A stretch of DNA of 64,000 nucleotides, taken from positions 4,946 through 68,945 of the forward strand of contig CAZCJL010000020.1 in assembly GCA_964498785.1 (NCBI GenBank), given 5' to 3'. The position numbers and the translations under genes were made by a program. Shown here one piece after another: positions 10,057 through 18,744 of this stretch (the stretch's first letter is position 1; every line of letters starts with the position of its first letter). The DNA comes from an uncultured Cytophagia bacterium. Its GTDB lineage: Bacteria > Zhuqueibacterota > Zhuqueibacteria > Thermofontimicrobiales > Thiofontviventaceae. A model generated the notes under the pieces. The model had not been told where the DNA came from. It saw only the letters and a list, made by a program, of their open reading frames with translations, and searched no databases.

Positions 10057-10338
10057 ATGAATATTTATATTGGCAATTTGCCAAAGGATATGGAGGAAGA
10101 AGAACTTTTTGAAATGTTCACAGAGTACGGTTCTGTCAAAACTGTCAAAATAATCCGCGATCGACATACAAAAATTTCTCGTGGTTATGGTTTTATCGAA
10201 ATGGATGATGAAAAGGCAGCGAGAGAGGCAATTAATGATTGGGATCAAGGCTCAATTGATGATAACATCATTAGTGTTAAGGTTGCTTATTCATCACTAA
10301 AAAAACGATCCGTAATGAATCAAGCACATGCTTCTTAA
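10057..10338 (+). CDS. RNA-binding protein with a single RRM (RNA recognition motif) domain
   Basis: 93 aa. RNP-2 IYIGNL and RNP-1 RGYGFIEM in the canonical order and spacing. AGGAGGG RBS 6 nt upstream of the ATG. Confidence 0.8.
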   Translation: MNIYIGNLPKDMEEEELFEMFTEYGSVKTVKIIRDRHTKISRGYGFIEMDDEKAAREAINDWDQGSIDDNIISVKVAYSSLKKRSVMNQAHAS

Positions 10339-10366
10339 TTCCCTTTGAAATTAGATAGGAGGGTTA

Positions 10367-12187
10367 GTGCACTTAATTGATTATACCATTCTATTTCTCT
10401 ACTTAAGCGCAATGATCATTGTTGGTGTGTTGCTCCAAAAACGAGCATCTGCTGGTATCGACTCTTATTTTTTAGGAAATAGAAAATTACCCTGGTGGGT
10501 ACTGGGAGCATCAGGCATGGCATCGAATCTGGATGTTAGTGGAACGATGATTAATACAGCCTGGATTTTTGCTCTGGGAGCTATCGGTTTTTTTATTGAA
10601 ATTCGAGGTGGCGTTACGCTTATTATGGCTTTCCTGATGATCTTTATGGGAAAATGGAACCGCCGCGCCAAAGTGATGACGATGGCAGAATGGATGGCAT
10701 TTCGCTTTGGAAAAGATAAAGAAGGTAACATTGCCAGATTGATTGCCGCTATTTCTATCATTATTGTGACAATCGCGATGATAACCTACTTTGCTGTTGG
10801 TTCCGGTAAATTTATTGGGGAATTTTTAGGTATCCCCGCTTTCTTAGGCCAACCACCAGAATTTTGGGCAGCATCAATTATGATTGTTCTTGCTATGATT
10901 TATACTGTGGCAAGTGGTTTGTATGGAGTTGTCTGGACTGATGTTTTTCAGGGTTTCCTGATTTTCGGACTCATTATTTATATAATTGCACTCGCCTTTT
11001 TTAAATACCCTCTTCCAGAGATTTTTGATATTTCGGTACCTCTTAAAGGTGGAGGGTTCCAACTAATTGAGGGAGTTTCCCGCCAACAATGGACGAGCAT
11101 TGTCCCGCCCTGGAAATTGGACTTTGGCCCAGAAAGCGCCTATTCGATCTATAATCTGTTTGGAATAGCAATTGTTTTTTATCTTCTCAAAGTAACAATT
11201 GAAGGGGCAGGTGGAACCAGTGGTTATATGATCCAACGATTTTTTGCAGCACGAAGTGACAGAGAATCCGGCTTATTATCTCTTTTCTGGACATTTTTGC
11301 TTGCTTTTCGCTGGCCTTTTGTTGCTGCAATTGCCATAATGGGAATTTCGTACGGGACCAGCAGTAATGCTGTTATTCAGGATCCTGAAAAAGTCATTCC
11401 AATTGTCATCTACAATGTCGTTCCAACGGGAATAAAAGGGTTGCTCATTGCAGGATTAATGGCCGCTGCCATGTCTACATTCGACTCGACTGTTAATTCT
11501 GGAGCTTCTTATTGGGTTAAAGATATCTATCAGGCATTTATCAATCCGAATGCATCGTCACGACAACTGATGTCTCATAGTCGATGGGCTTCCATTGTCA
11601 TTGTGTTGTTAGGTTTGTTTTTTAGTATTTTTATCAAAAATATTAATGATATTTGGGGTTGGCTTACAATGAGCATTGGTGCTGGGATGATTATCCCAAC
11701 GCTGGCGCGCTGGTATTGGTGGCGCTTGAACGGATATGGTTTTGCAATTGGCACAATCTTTGGCATGATTGCCGCTATTTTCCAACGGCTCGTTATGCCC
11801 GATGTGCCGGAGTATATTGCGTTCAGTTTTGCTTCGGGAATTTCTTTTATTACAATGATTTTCGGAACAATACTGACAAATCCTACCAATGAAAAAGTAC
11901 TCTATAATTTCTATAGAGAAACCCGACCATTTGGTTTTTGGGGGCAAGTAAGGAAACAAATTCCTGAGAGAATTATTGATAAAGTAAACAAAGAAAACCG
12001 CAGAGATATTATTGCGACATTTATTGCTGTTCCATGGCAGCTTGTTTTATTCATGACGCTAATGATGATACCAATGAAAAGATGGGATGTTTTCGGATAT
12101 CTCAGTATCATGCTCGTTGGCTTATCAGTCGGCCTTTATTTTTTCTGGTATCGACATCTATCCACTGAAGTAAAAATGGATGAATAA
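10367..12187 (+). CDS. Sodium:solute symporter family (SSS) transporter
   Basis: 606 aa with ~13-14 TM. N-terminal LIDYTILFLYLSAMIIVGVLLQKRASAGIDSYFLGNRKLPWWVLGASGMASNLDVSG is typical of SSS (PutP/SglT-like) transporters. GTG start preceded by AGGAGGG. Confidence 0.8.
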   Translation: MHLIDYTILFLYLSAMIIVGVLLQKRASAGIDSYFLGNRKLPWWVLGASGMASNLDVSGTMINTAWIFALGAIGFFIEIRGGVTLIMAFLMIFMGKWNRRAKVMTMAEWMAFRFGKDKEGNIARLIAAISIIIVTIAMITYFAVGSGKFIGEFLGIPAFLGQPPEFWAASIMIVLAMIYTVASGLYGVVWTDVFQGFLIFGLIIYIIALAFFKYPLPEIFDISVPLKGGGFQLIEGVSRQQWTSIVPPWKLDFGPESAYSIYNLFGIAIVFYLLKVTIEGAGGTSGYMIQRFFAARSDRESGLLSLFWTFLLAFRWPFVAAIAIMGISYGTSSNAVIQDPEKVIPIVIYNVVPTGIKGLLIAGLMAAAMSTFDSTVNSGASYWVKDIYQAFINPNASSRQLMSHSRWASIVIVLLGLFFSIFIKNINDIWGWLTMSIGAGMIIPTLARWYWWRLNGYGFAIGTIFGMIAAIFQRLVMPDVPEYIAFSFASGISFITMIFGTILTNPTNEKVLYNFYRETRPFGFWGQVRKQIPERIIDKVNKENRRDIIATFIAVPWQLVLFMTLMMIPMKRWDVFGYLSIMLVGLSVGLYFFWYRHLSTEVKMDE

Positions 12188-12211
12188 TCATTTAAATTAT
12201 TGCTGTAATAC

Positions 12212-13435
12212 ATGAGAAAAGCCCTGATTTTTACAATTTTCGTTTTTGTTGTTCTCACATGTAGCCGGAAAAATGAAAAACGGATTGTCGTGTGGCATTC
12301 AATGCGGCCGGCTGCTACAGAGATACTCAAAGAACAATTAAAAATATTTAGCAAAATGCATCCTGATTGGGAATTTCGGGAGCTTTTCTATGATCCGGAA
12401 ACAGCACGCACAAATTTTATTATATCTGCTATCGGAGGAAGCGGCCCGGATTTGTTTTGGGGGGCAAGTGATAATATCGGGCCCTTTGTTGAACTTGAGG
12501 TTATTAAACCCATAGAACCGTATGTCTCACAAGCGTTCCTGGATAGCTTTATAACTGATCCTATCTCCGCAAATACATGGTTTCAAGAACATCTCTATCA
12601 GGTTGCAGACAGAGTTGGTAATCATCTTTGTCTTGTTTACAATAAAAAATATATCGCAAATCCTCCGATAACCATGTCTCAGCTAATTGAAATTGGCCAA
12701 AATTTAATGGCAAATTCTGATTTTCCTGATCTTGATTATGCATTGGCATGGAACTACACGGAACCCTTTTTTGCAATTCCATTCATTGGCGGTTTCGGCG
12801 GGTGGATAATAGATGAAAATAATCAACCAACTCTTAATACACCGGCAACTATTAAAGCAGCACAATTTATTTACGATCTCGCAAATGTCGAAAAAATTAT
12901 CCCAATTGAAAGCGATTATGAAACTGCCAACGCGTTATTTAAAGACGGCCTAACTGCAATGATCATTAATGGACCCTGGTCATGGAACACGTATATTGAT
13001 AACGGAATTGATATCGGAATTGCCCGTATTCCAAAGATTGATGAAACAGGTTTATGGCCCACTCCCATTATCTCACCATTAGGATATTCATTAAATACAA
13101 ATATATATGGGGAAAAACTTAAAATCACTATCGAACTGCTGAAATTCCTTACATCACCTGAAGTAGAACTTCAATTTACGAAATTCATGGCAACAGTACC
13201 TTCACGAAAAGAAGCATTTAAAACCTCATTTGTTACGACTAATGAACTGCTCAGAACTTCAATCACCCAGATTGAAGTTGGAAAACCAATGCCTGTTGTT
13301 ACAGAATTACGGTGGATATGGGATGCAATGCGGCCGGCTTATCAGGGAATTTTTACTGGTAAATATTCACCGGAACAAGCCGCTAATATGATGCAGGAAC
13401 TTGCTGTTAAACTAATAAAAGAAAACAGACGATAA
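12212..13435 (+). CDS. Sugar ABC transporter substrate-binding lipoprotein (MalE-like, family 1 solute-binding protein)
   Basis: 407 aa. Signal plus lipobox (VFVVLTCS). KRIVVWHSM…GSGPDLFWGASDNIGPF resembles maltose/maltodextrin-binding proteins. Followed by two permease genes. Confidence 0.8.
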   Translation: MRKALIFTIFVFVVLTCSRKNEKRIVVWHSMRPAATEILKEQLKIFSKMHPDWEFRELFYDPETARTNFIISAIGGSGPDLFWGASDNIGPFVELEVIKPIEPYVSQAFLDSFITDPISANTWFQEHLYQVADRVGNHLCLVYNKKYIANPPITMSQLIEIGQNLMANSDFPDLDYALAWNYTEPFFAIPFIGGFGGWIIDENNQPTLNTPATIKAAQFIYDLANVEKIIPIESDYETANALFKDGLTAMIINGPWSWNTYIDNGIDIGIARIPKIDETGLWPTPIISPLGYSLNTNIYGEKLKITIELLKFLTSPEVELQFTKFMATVPSRKEAFKTSFVTTNELLRTSITQIEVGKPMPVVTELRWIWDAMRPAYQGIFTGKYSPEQAANMMQELAVKLIKENRR

Positions 13436-13436
13436 A

Positions 13437-14363
13437 ATGGGAACAGTCGGATATTCGCAAAATAATCGATTAGCATATTATTATGCTTTGCCAGCACTTT
13501 TTGTTATGGCGCTGGTCGTGGTGTATCCGTTTATATACAATGTTATCATCTCATTCTCCAATATGAACCTGACGCATTTCAGGGATTGGCAAATTGTGGG
13601 TCTCAGAAGCTACTGGCAGGTATTGACTGACGATACAATGCATTTAAAGCTATTAGGAATACCAGTCCCCGATTTCTGGTATTTTTTTATTAAAACAATT
13701 TTATGGACAGCTTTAAACATCTTATTTCATGTGACGATTGGTGTTTTTCTGGCAATAATTTTAGATAAAGACATTAAAGGAAAAACTGTTTTTCGAACGT
13801 TGCTTATTCTACCATGGGCCGTTCCCCAATATATTACCGCGCTAACATGGCGGGGAATGTTTACCTCCAATTATGGCGCAATTAGTTTGTTTTCTGAAAA
13901 ATTCTTTGATACACAAATTCCCTGGCTAACAACAGAATGGGGCGCTTTTTCTGCATGTCTAATAACAAATATTTGGTTGGGTTTTCCGTTCATGATGATT
14001 ATTGCACTCGGAGGATTACAAAGCATACCTGATGAACTTTATGAAGCAGCAGAAATTGACGGTGCTGCATGGTTCCATAAACTCAAAAATATTACCATTC
14101 CATTACTTAAGCCTGTAATGATTCCGGCAATTACTTTAGGTGTTATTTGGACATTTAATAATTTTAATGTCGTATGGTTGGTTAGCAACGGAGGTGAGCC
14201 GTCGGATACAACACATATTCTCGTTTCCTGGGTTTATAAGTCCGGTTTTACATATATTCGAATGGGTTATGCAGCCGCTTTTTCGATGATCATTTTTGCT
14301 ATTTTAATTGTGTTTAGCTGGAATTTTATTAAACGAACAAAAGCCACAGAAGCTGTTTACTGA
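13437..14363 (+). CDS. Sugar ABC transporter permease (MalF/UgpA-like)
   Basis: 308 aa, 6 TM. EAAEIDGAAWFHKLKNITIPLLKP is the ABC permease EAA signature. Confidence 0.8.
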   Translation: MGTVGYSQNNRLAYYYALPALFVMALVVVYPFIYNVIISFSNMNLTHFRDWQIVGLRSYWQVLTDDTMHLKLLGIPVPDFWYFFIKTILWTALNILFHVTIGVFLAIILDKDIKGKTVFRTLLILPWAVPQYITALTWRGMFTSNYGAISLFSEKFFDTQIPWLTTEWGAFSACLITNIWLGFPFMMIIALGGLQSIPDELYEAAEIDGAAWFHKLKNITIPLLKPVMIPAITLGVIWTFNNFNVVWLVSNGGEPSDTTHILVSWVYKSGFTYIRMGYAAAFSMIIFAILIVFSWNFIKRTKATEAVY

Positions 14364-14668
14364 TGAAATTAATAATACCAACAGAATATAAATGCTATTT
14401 TTTAACTGATAATTTTAAGCAATATAACAAAATAAATCACAAATACATTATTATGCATAGAATAATGGAATATGGTTCAAGTGATGCTTTAAGATGGTTG
14501 TTATCCATTTACTCAAAACATGAGATAAAAGATTTTATCCTTAAAAAGGGAATCAAATATTTATCAAATAAATCACTGACATACTATCGCGTAATTTTGG
14601 ACATATCGGAAGACGAATGGAAACGAATATCCTTACAGAAACGCAGAAATCATTTTTTAGCAAGTTAA
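14363..14668 (+). CDS. Hypothetical protein (AT-rich insertion, ORF 1)
   Basis: 101 aa in a strongly AT-rich stretch. No recognised motif. Overlaps the next ORF by 52 nt. Possibly the partner of the DUF1814-like ORF. Confidence 0.3.
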   Translation: MKLIIPTEYKCYFLTDNFKQYNKINHKYIIMHRIMEYGSSDALRWLLSIYSKHEIKDFILKKGIKYLSNKSLTYYRVILDISEDEWKRISLQKRRNHFLAS

Positions 14669-15243
14669 ATGAAATTGAAATAATCAAACATTTTTATCTC
14701 GGAAATGGAACCGGCCTCGCCTTGCAGATTGGTCACCGGAAAATTAATGAACTAAATTTCTATACAGCCGAAAATCAATATAATAATTTTCTTAAAAATA
14801 CTTTAACTAAAAGTGATTTATATAAATTAATCTATGAAGATTCAAAAAATATTACATTTTCCTATGAAAACAATTTAGTTTATTTTTCTGAACACCCCTA
14901 TCCCCTGCTCGGTTTAGTTAAAAAAACTGAGTGGAATTTCGGATGTTTGGATATTAAAGATATTGCCTGCATGTGTCTTTTTAATATTGTAAGCAGGGGT
15001 TTTATTACCGATTTTATTGACTTGTACTATATTATTTTCAAAAAATACAGTCTTGATCAGATCATTTCTTTTTTTGAAGATAAATATCGTTCCATTTCTT
15101 ATGAAAATCAACTCATTTTGAAAAGCTTAGTCTATTTTGATGAGGCAAATATTCAATCGCGACCAGATATGCTGGTTGATATGAATTGGGGGAAAATTAA
15201 AAATTATTTTACGAAATATGTTAAAGTAATGAATAAACTATAG
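14617..15243 (+). CDS. DUF1814/AbiEii-like nucleotidyltransferase-fold protein (putative type IV TA toxin / Abi-like), possibly with a degenerate active site
   Basis: 208 aa. N-terminal FYLGNGTGLALQIGHRKINELNFY resembles the LKGGTAL…R.SEDLDF motif of DUF1814, with Glu/Asn in place of the two Asp. C-terminal CLFNIVSRGFITDFIDLYYIIFKKYSLDQIISFFEDKY matches the conserved K..AL..R..RDLYDLYYL region of that family. Confidence 0.4.
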   Translation: METNILTETQKSFFSKLNEIEIIKHFYLGNGTGLALQIGHRKINELNFYTAENQYNNFLKNTLTKSDLYKLIYEDSKNITFSYENNLVYFSEHPYPLLGLVKKTEWNFGCLDIKDIACMCLFNIVSRGFITDFIDLYYIIFKKYSLDQIISFFEDKYRSISYENQLILKSLVYFDEANIQSRPDMLVDMNWGKIKNYFTKYVKVMNKL

Positions 15244-15251
15244 AACCTAAT

Positions 15252-16094
15252 ATGCGAAATCCAAGAGACCTATCAAAGGTAGGCAAAACTGGAGCCTATG
15301 TCGTTTTGACTATTTTTACATTGTTTGCCATTTACCCGATTTTACGGGTAATTAGTATTTCCTTGCGACCGGGTGATCGACTGTTGAGCAAATCACTGGC
15401 AATTATTCCGGATGGAGCTTCATTAACGAACTACTATAATCTAATTTTTAATCAGCCATTTTTAAGTTGGATGTGGAACAGCATCATTGTCTCAGCAATC
15501 GTAACATTTGTCGGCGTGGGGTTGGCAGCAAGCGCAGGATATTCTTTTTCCCGCTATAAATTTATCGGGCGAAACTCTGCAATGTTTGGATTAATCGCAA
15601 CACAAATGTTTCCGGCAACAATGTTACTTCTTCCATTATTCATTACTCTTATTAAATTAAAGTTATATGATTCATATTTAAGCTTGATCGTTGCATACTC
15701 CGCAACTGCATTGCCTTTTACAACATGGCAAATGAAGGGTTATTATGATACTATCCCGTTTAGCATCGAAGAAGCAGCAAGCATCGATGGTTCTTCTCAA
15801 TTTGGAACTTTTTGGAGAATCGTGCTGCCATTGGCATCTCCGGCATTGGTTATTACTGCGCTGTTTTCGTTTATGACAGCCTGGTCTGAATATCTGGTTG
15901 CAGCCGTCCTAATCCAGGATCAAAGTTTATTTACACTGCCATTAGGTTTAAAAATGTTTCAATCAGCGATGGAAACATCTTGGGGGCTTTATTCGGCTGG
16001 TGCAGTCCTTGTAAGCATTCCGATTGTGACGCTATTTCTTTATCTGAGTCAATGGCTAATTTCCGGATTAACGCTTGGCAGTGTAAAAGGATAA
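15252..16094 (+). CDS. Sugar ABC transporter permease (MalG/UgpE-like)
   Basis: 280 aa, 6 TM. EEAASIDGSSQFGTFWRIVLPLASPAL is the EAA signature. Partner of the permease at 13437..14363. Confidence 0.8.
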   Translation: MRNPRDLSKVGKTGAYVVLTIFTLFAIYPILRVISISLRPGDRLLSKSLAIIPDGASLTNYYNLIFNQPFLSWMWNSIIVSAIVTFVGVGLAASAGYSFSRYKFIGRNSAMFGLIATQMFPATMLLLPLFITLIKLKLYDSYLSLIVAYSATALPFTTWQMKGYYDTIPFSIEEAASIDGSSQFGTFWRIVLPLASPALVITALFSFMTAWSEYLVAAVLIQDQSLFTLPLGLKMFQSAMETSWGLYSAGAVLVSIPIVTLFLYLSQWLISGLTLGSVKG

Positions 16095-16117
16095 TACATT
16101 TTTTTGAGGGAATTAAA

Positions 16118-17188
16118 ATGAAACAGTGGCTTAGTTTTTTCTCGATTCTGATTCTTATTTTATTTATCAACGGATGCGGCGTTTTTCAACCCGCATGGAA
16201 AAAGATTCAATTATCAAATGAAGAATTAGAGACTATTGAATTGCTAAAAATTGATGATCAGACAATTAAAAAATTAGATGCAAAACCGTTATATAAATTT
16301 AATGAAAAAGAGCTTGATACTTATCTCGGTTACTTGCAATTCATTGAACCCGACCTGCGTAAAAGGATTCAGCATCTCGCCCGAAAATGCATTGGCCAAC
16401 AGTATCAAATTTTTTTACTTGGTGAATTCCCAGTTGAGTTATTCGACTCTGAACCACTTTTTTCTCTTCAAAAAAGCGATTGTGTCGTATTTAGTGAACA
16501 TATATATGCTATGGCGCTGGCATTTGATTGGAAAAGTTTCTTTGGCATGTTACAACGTATCCGTTATAAAAATGGTGAAATCAGTTTAGTAACACGAAAT
16601 CATTATACAGAACTTGATTGGAATCGAAATAATAATTGGCTTGTCGAAGATATTACGGATAAATTAGGCGGAAAATATGTGGTTACTGTAAATTCGACGT
16701 ATGATAAGGCAAAATTTTTTAGAAAATGGGGATTAGGGCGCGATATTCACCCCGATACGCTTAATTGGACTTATATCCCCTATCAACACATTGAAAAAGT
16801 AATTGACAAATTGAAACCCGGTGATTTTGTAAATGTGATTCGTGGAAATGATGAAAGCAAGTGGGTTGGGCATGTTGGATTAATTACCAGGGGAGCTAAC
16901 GGCGAAATCAATTTCCTGCATTCTGCTAAACCAGAAGTTCGCGAACAACCGTTACTTGGATATATGCAGGAGAGTCTGAAATTAAATTTATATCGAAAAC
17001 AAAAGAATCAAAAAATTTATGAATATAATGAAAAGATCATAAAAAATCAATCCGATAAAAAATTAAAGACACCTCTCCCCTATTTTTACGGTTTTAAATT
17101 TCTAAAATTAAGACAGGATCCGTTATGGGAATTGGTAAAAATTGATGGATTTCGGGCACCAAAAGTCACAATCCCTTCAATTTATTAA
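16118..17188 (+). CDS. Lipoprotein, hypothetical. A conserved Cys…His pair suggests a papain-like (NlpC/P60- or DUF1460-like) hydrolase fold
   Basis: Start placed at the ATG at 16118 (MKQWLSFFSILILILFINGCG, signal plus lipobox). The tracked ORF at 15980 overlaps the upstream permease. SDCVVFSEHIYAMALAF and later WVGHVGLI are a candidate Cys/His dyad. Confidence 0.45.
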   Translation: MKQWLSFFSILILILFINGCGVFQPAWKKIQLSNEELETIELLKIDDQTIKKLDAKPLYKFNEKELDTYLGYLQFIEPDLRKRIQHLARKCIGQQYQIFLLGEFPVELFDSEPLFSLQKSDCVVFSEHIYAMALAFDWKSFFGMLQRIRYKNGEISLVTRNHYTELDWNRNNNWLVEDITDKLGGKYVVTVNSTYDKAKFFRKWGLGRDIHPDTLNWTYIPYQHIEKVIDKLKPGDFVNVIRGNDESKWVGHVGLITRGANGEINFLHSAKPEVREQPLLGYMQESLKLNLYRKQKNQKIYEYNEKIIKNQSDKKLKTPLPYFYGFKFLKLRQDPLWELVKIDGFRAPKVTIPSIY

Positions 17189-17199
17189 GGTGTAGAAGT

Positions 17200-17706
17200 A
17201 TGATCGATTCTCAAAAATTAACAAAATCAGAATTACACGATCTTTTAGTCGATGCAGCAAAAAACTGGCTGGCACACGATGGTTTATGGTTTCTTGCCGC
17301 GGAAGAAAAATACGGAATGCCGGCTGCAATTGAACTTGACCGTGAAGCATGGCGAAAATTCACTGTGGTGGAAGCAAAACGAATCATGAAGCGTTTGGGA
17401 ATGGAACCTGGCGGAGGAATTCCGGCGTTAATAACAGCGCTGGATTATCGCCTTTATGCCTATATTAACATACAATCGGTTGAAGCTGTCAGCGCTAATC
17501 GGTGTATTTTTAAAATGAATAATTGCCGCGTACAAGCCGCCAGAAAAATGAAGAACCTCCCTGATTTTCCCTGCAAATCAGTTGGAATTGTTGAATATCG
17601 ATATTTTGCCCAAACAATAGATCCACAAATTAAAACAAAATGCCTTACCTGTCCCCCGGATGACCATCCTGATGATTATTACTGTGCATGGGAATTTACA
17701 ATCTGA
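17200..17706 (+). CDS. Conserved hypothetical protein (DGLWF motif, Cys-rich C-terminus)
   Basis: 168 aa. WLAHDGLWFLAAEEKYG and C-terminal CLTCPPDDHPDDYYCAWEF. Possibly a DUF-type small cytosolic protein. The 3' end overlaps the convergent aminotransferase remnant by 28 nt. Confidence 0.45.
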   Translation: MIDSQKLTKSELHDLLVDAAKNWLAHDGLWFLAAEEKYGMPAAIELDREAWRKFTVVEAKRIMKRLGMEPGGGIPALITALDYRLYAYINIQSVEAVSANRCIFKMNNCRVQAARKMKNLPDFPCKSVGIVEYRYFAQTIDPQIKTKCLTCPPDDHPDDYYCAWEFTI

Positions 17707-18401
17707 TTATGAATATTTTTCAAATTATCAAAATGCTTTTGATTTACATAAAGAAAACCTGTTCCCATTGGCCCAACTAACCATTTCATGCCACCGGCAC
17801 AATAAAAATCGATACTGTATTTGTTAAGCTGTGCCGGGATGGCGCCAACAGCCTGAATACCATCAACGATCAGATACAGACCATGTTCTTTTGCAATATC
17901 TCCTAATTTTGGAAGATTAAGACGGTAGCCGGACAAAAAATGGACATGATCCACAACAATTGCACGAGTATGACTATCAATATTTTCAATTAGCCTCCTA
18001 TAAAAGTTAACCCCGTTGTTTAGCGGAACATATTTTTTTTTCGCAACATCAAAAATATGATGCAGGATATACAAGCTCGCCGGAAATGCGTCGGCTTGTA
18101 CAATTATATTGTCCCCTGCTTTTAAGTCTATCGAGTGCAATGCAATTGATAACCCCTCGGTTGTATTATGAATGAATGCAATTTCATCAGAGTCAGCAGT
18201 AACCATTTGGGCCATTGCTGCCCGGAAGTCATTTAATTTGCTCATTATTTCCTCAATACGGGGCTCACCTGTTTCTACTAATTGATCAATTAACGACTTC
18301 ATGGCTTCTGTGCATTGTAACGGCATCATACCAACAGCAGCATGATTTAAATACGTCTGATTTGATTTATCATTAAAATATTTCCGGAATTTCTTATCCA
18401 T
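17679..18401 (-). pseudogene. Class V aminotransferase (cysteine desulfurase/SufS-like) N-terminal and large-domain fragment lacking the C-terminal small domain
   Basis: 240 aa. YLNHAAVGMMP near the N-terminus, HNTTEGLS, YLIVDGIQAVGAIP and the PLP-lysine region FYCAGGMKWLVGPMGTGFLY are all class V hallmarks. The ORF ends ~30 residues after the PLP Lys, whereas the family is ~380-400 aa. No downstream continuation in any minus frame; the + strand gene occupies the space. Confidence 0.45.
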
Positions 18402-18516
18402 CTTATCTCCTATGATTTAAATTACTTAATAACATACTTATTTTCAAATAAATAGTCAAGTATTATTATAATATAAAAGCACGATCTCTTATTCTTTGAT
18501 AAATATAAAAATACAG

Positions 18517-18545
18517 TTGAAATTTATTAAAAAATTAGTTATATT
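18517..18545 (+). promoter_or_regulatory. Candidate sigma70-type promoter (TTGAAA-N17-TATATT) for the 18745-28296 cluster
   Basis: TTGAAA at 18517-18522, a 17-nt spacer and TATATT at 18540-18545, ~200 nt upstream of the Omp85-like gene. Confidence 0.3.
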
Positions 18546-18744
18546 CAGGGAATTCAGTTATTCGGAGTTAACTATAAAATTATATTTTATCTTAAATAAC
18601 GTACGTTCGAACTAGGCAATTTAAAGCAATTTTAGCCCCGGATTGACACTGATAAATACAGATTCTTTTTAATTTTCAAACGAAATTCGTGTTCAATCCA
18701 GGCGGATCAGTGGCAAATAATAATTTTAAAGGATTATAAAACGA

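Noticed and set aside
15980-16117. N-terminal extension of the lipoprotein ORF (MGALFGWCSPCKHSDCD…)
   Set aside because: It overlaps the 3' end of the MalG-like permease in another frame. The Met at 16118 yields a textbook signal and lipobox, so the extension is a non-coding frame artefact.
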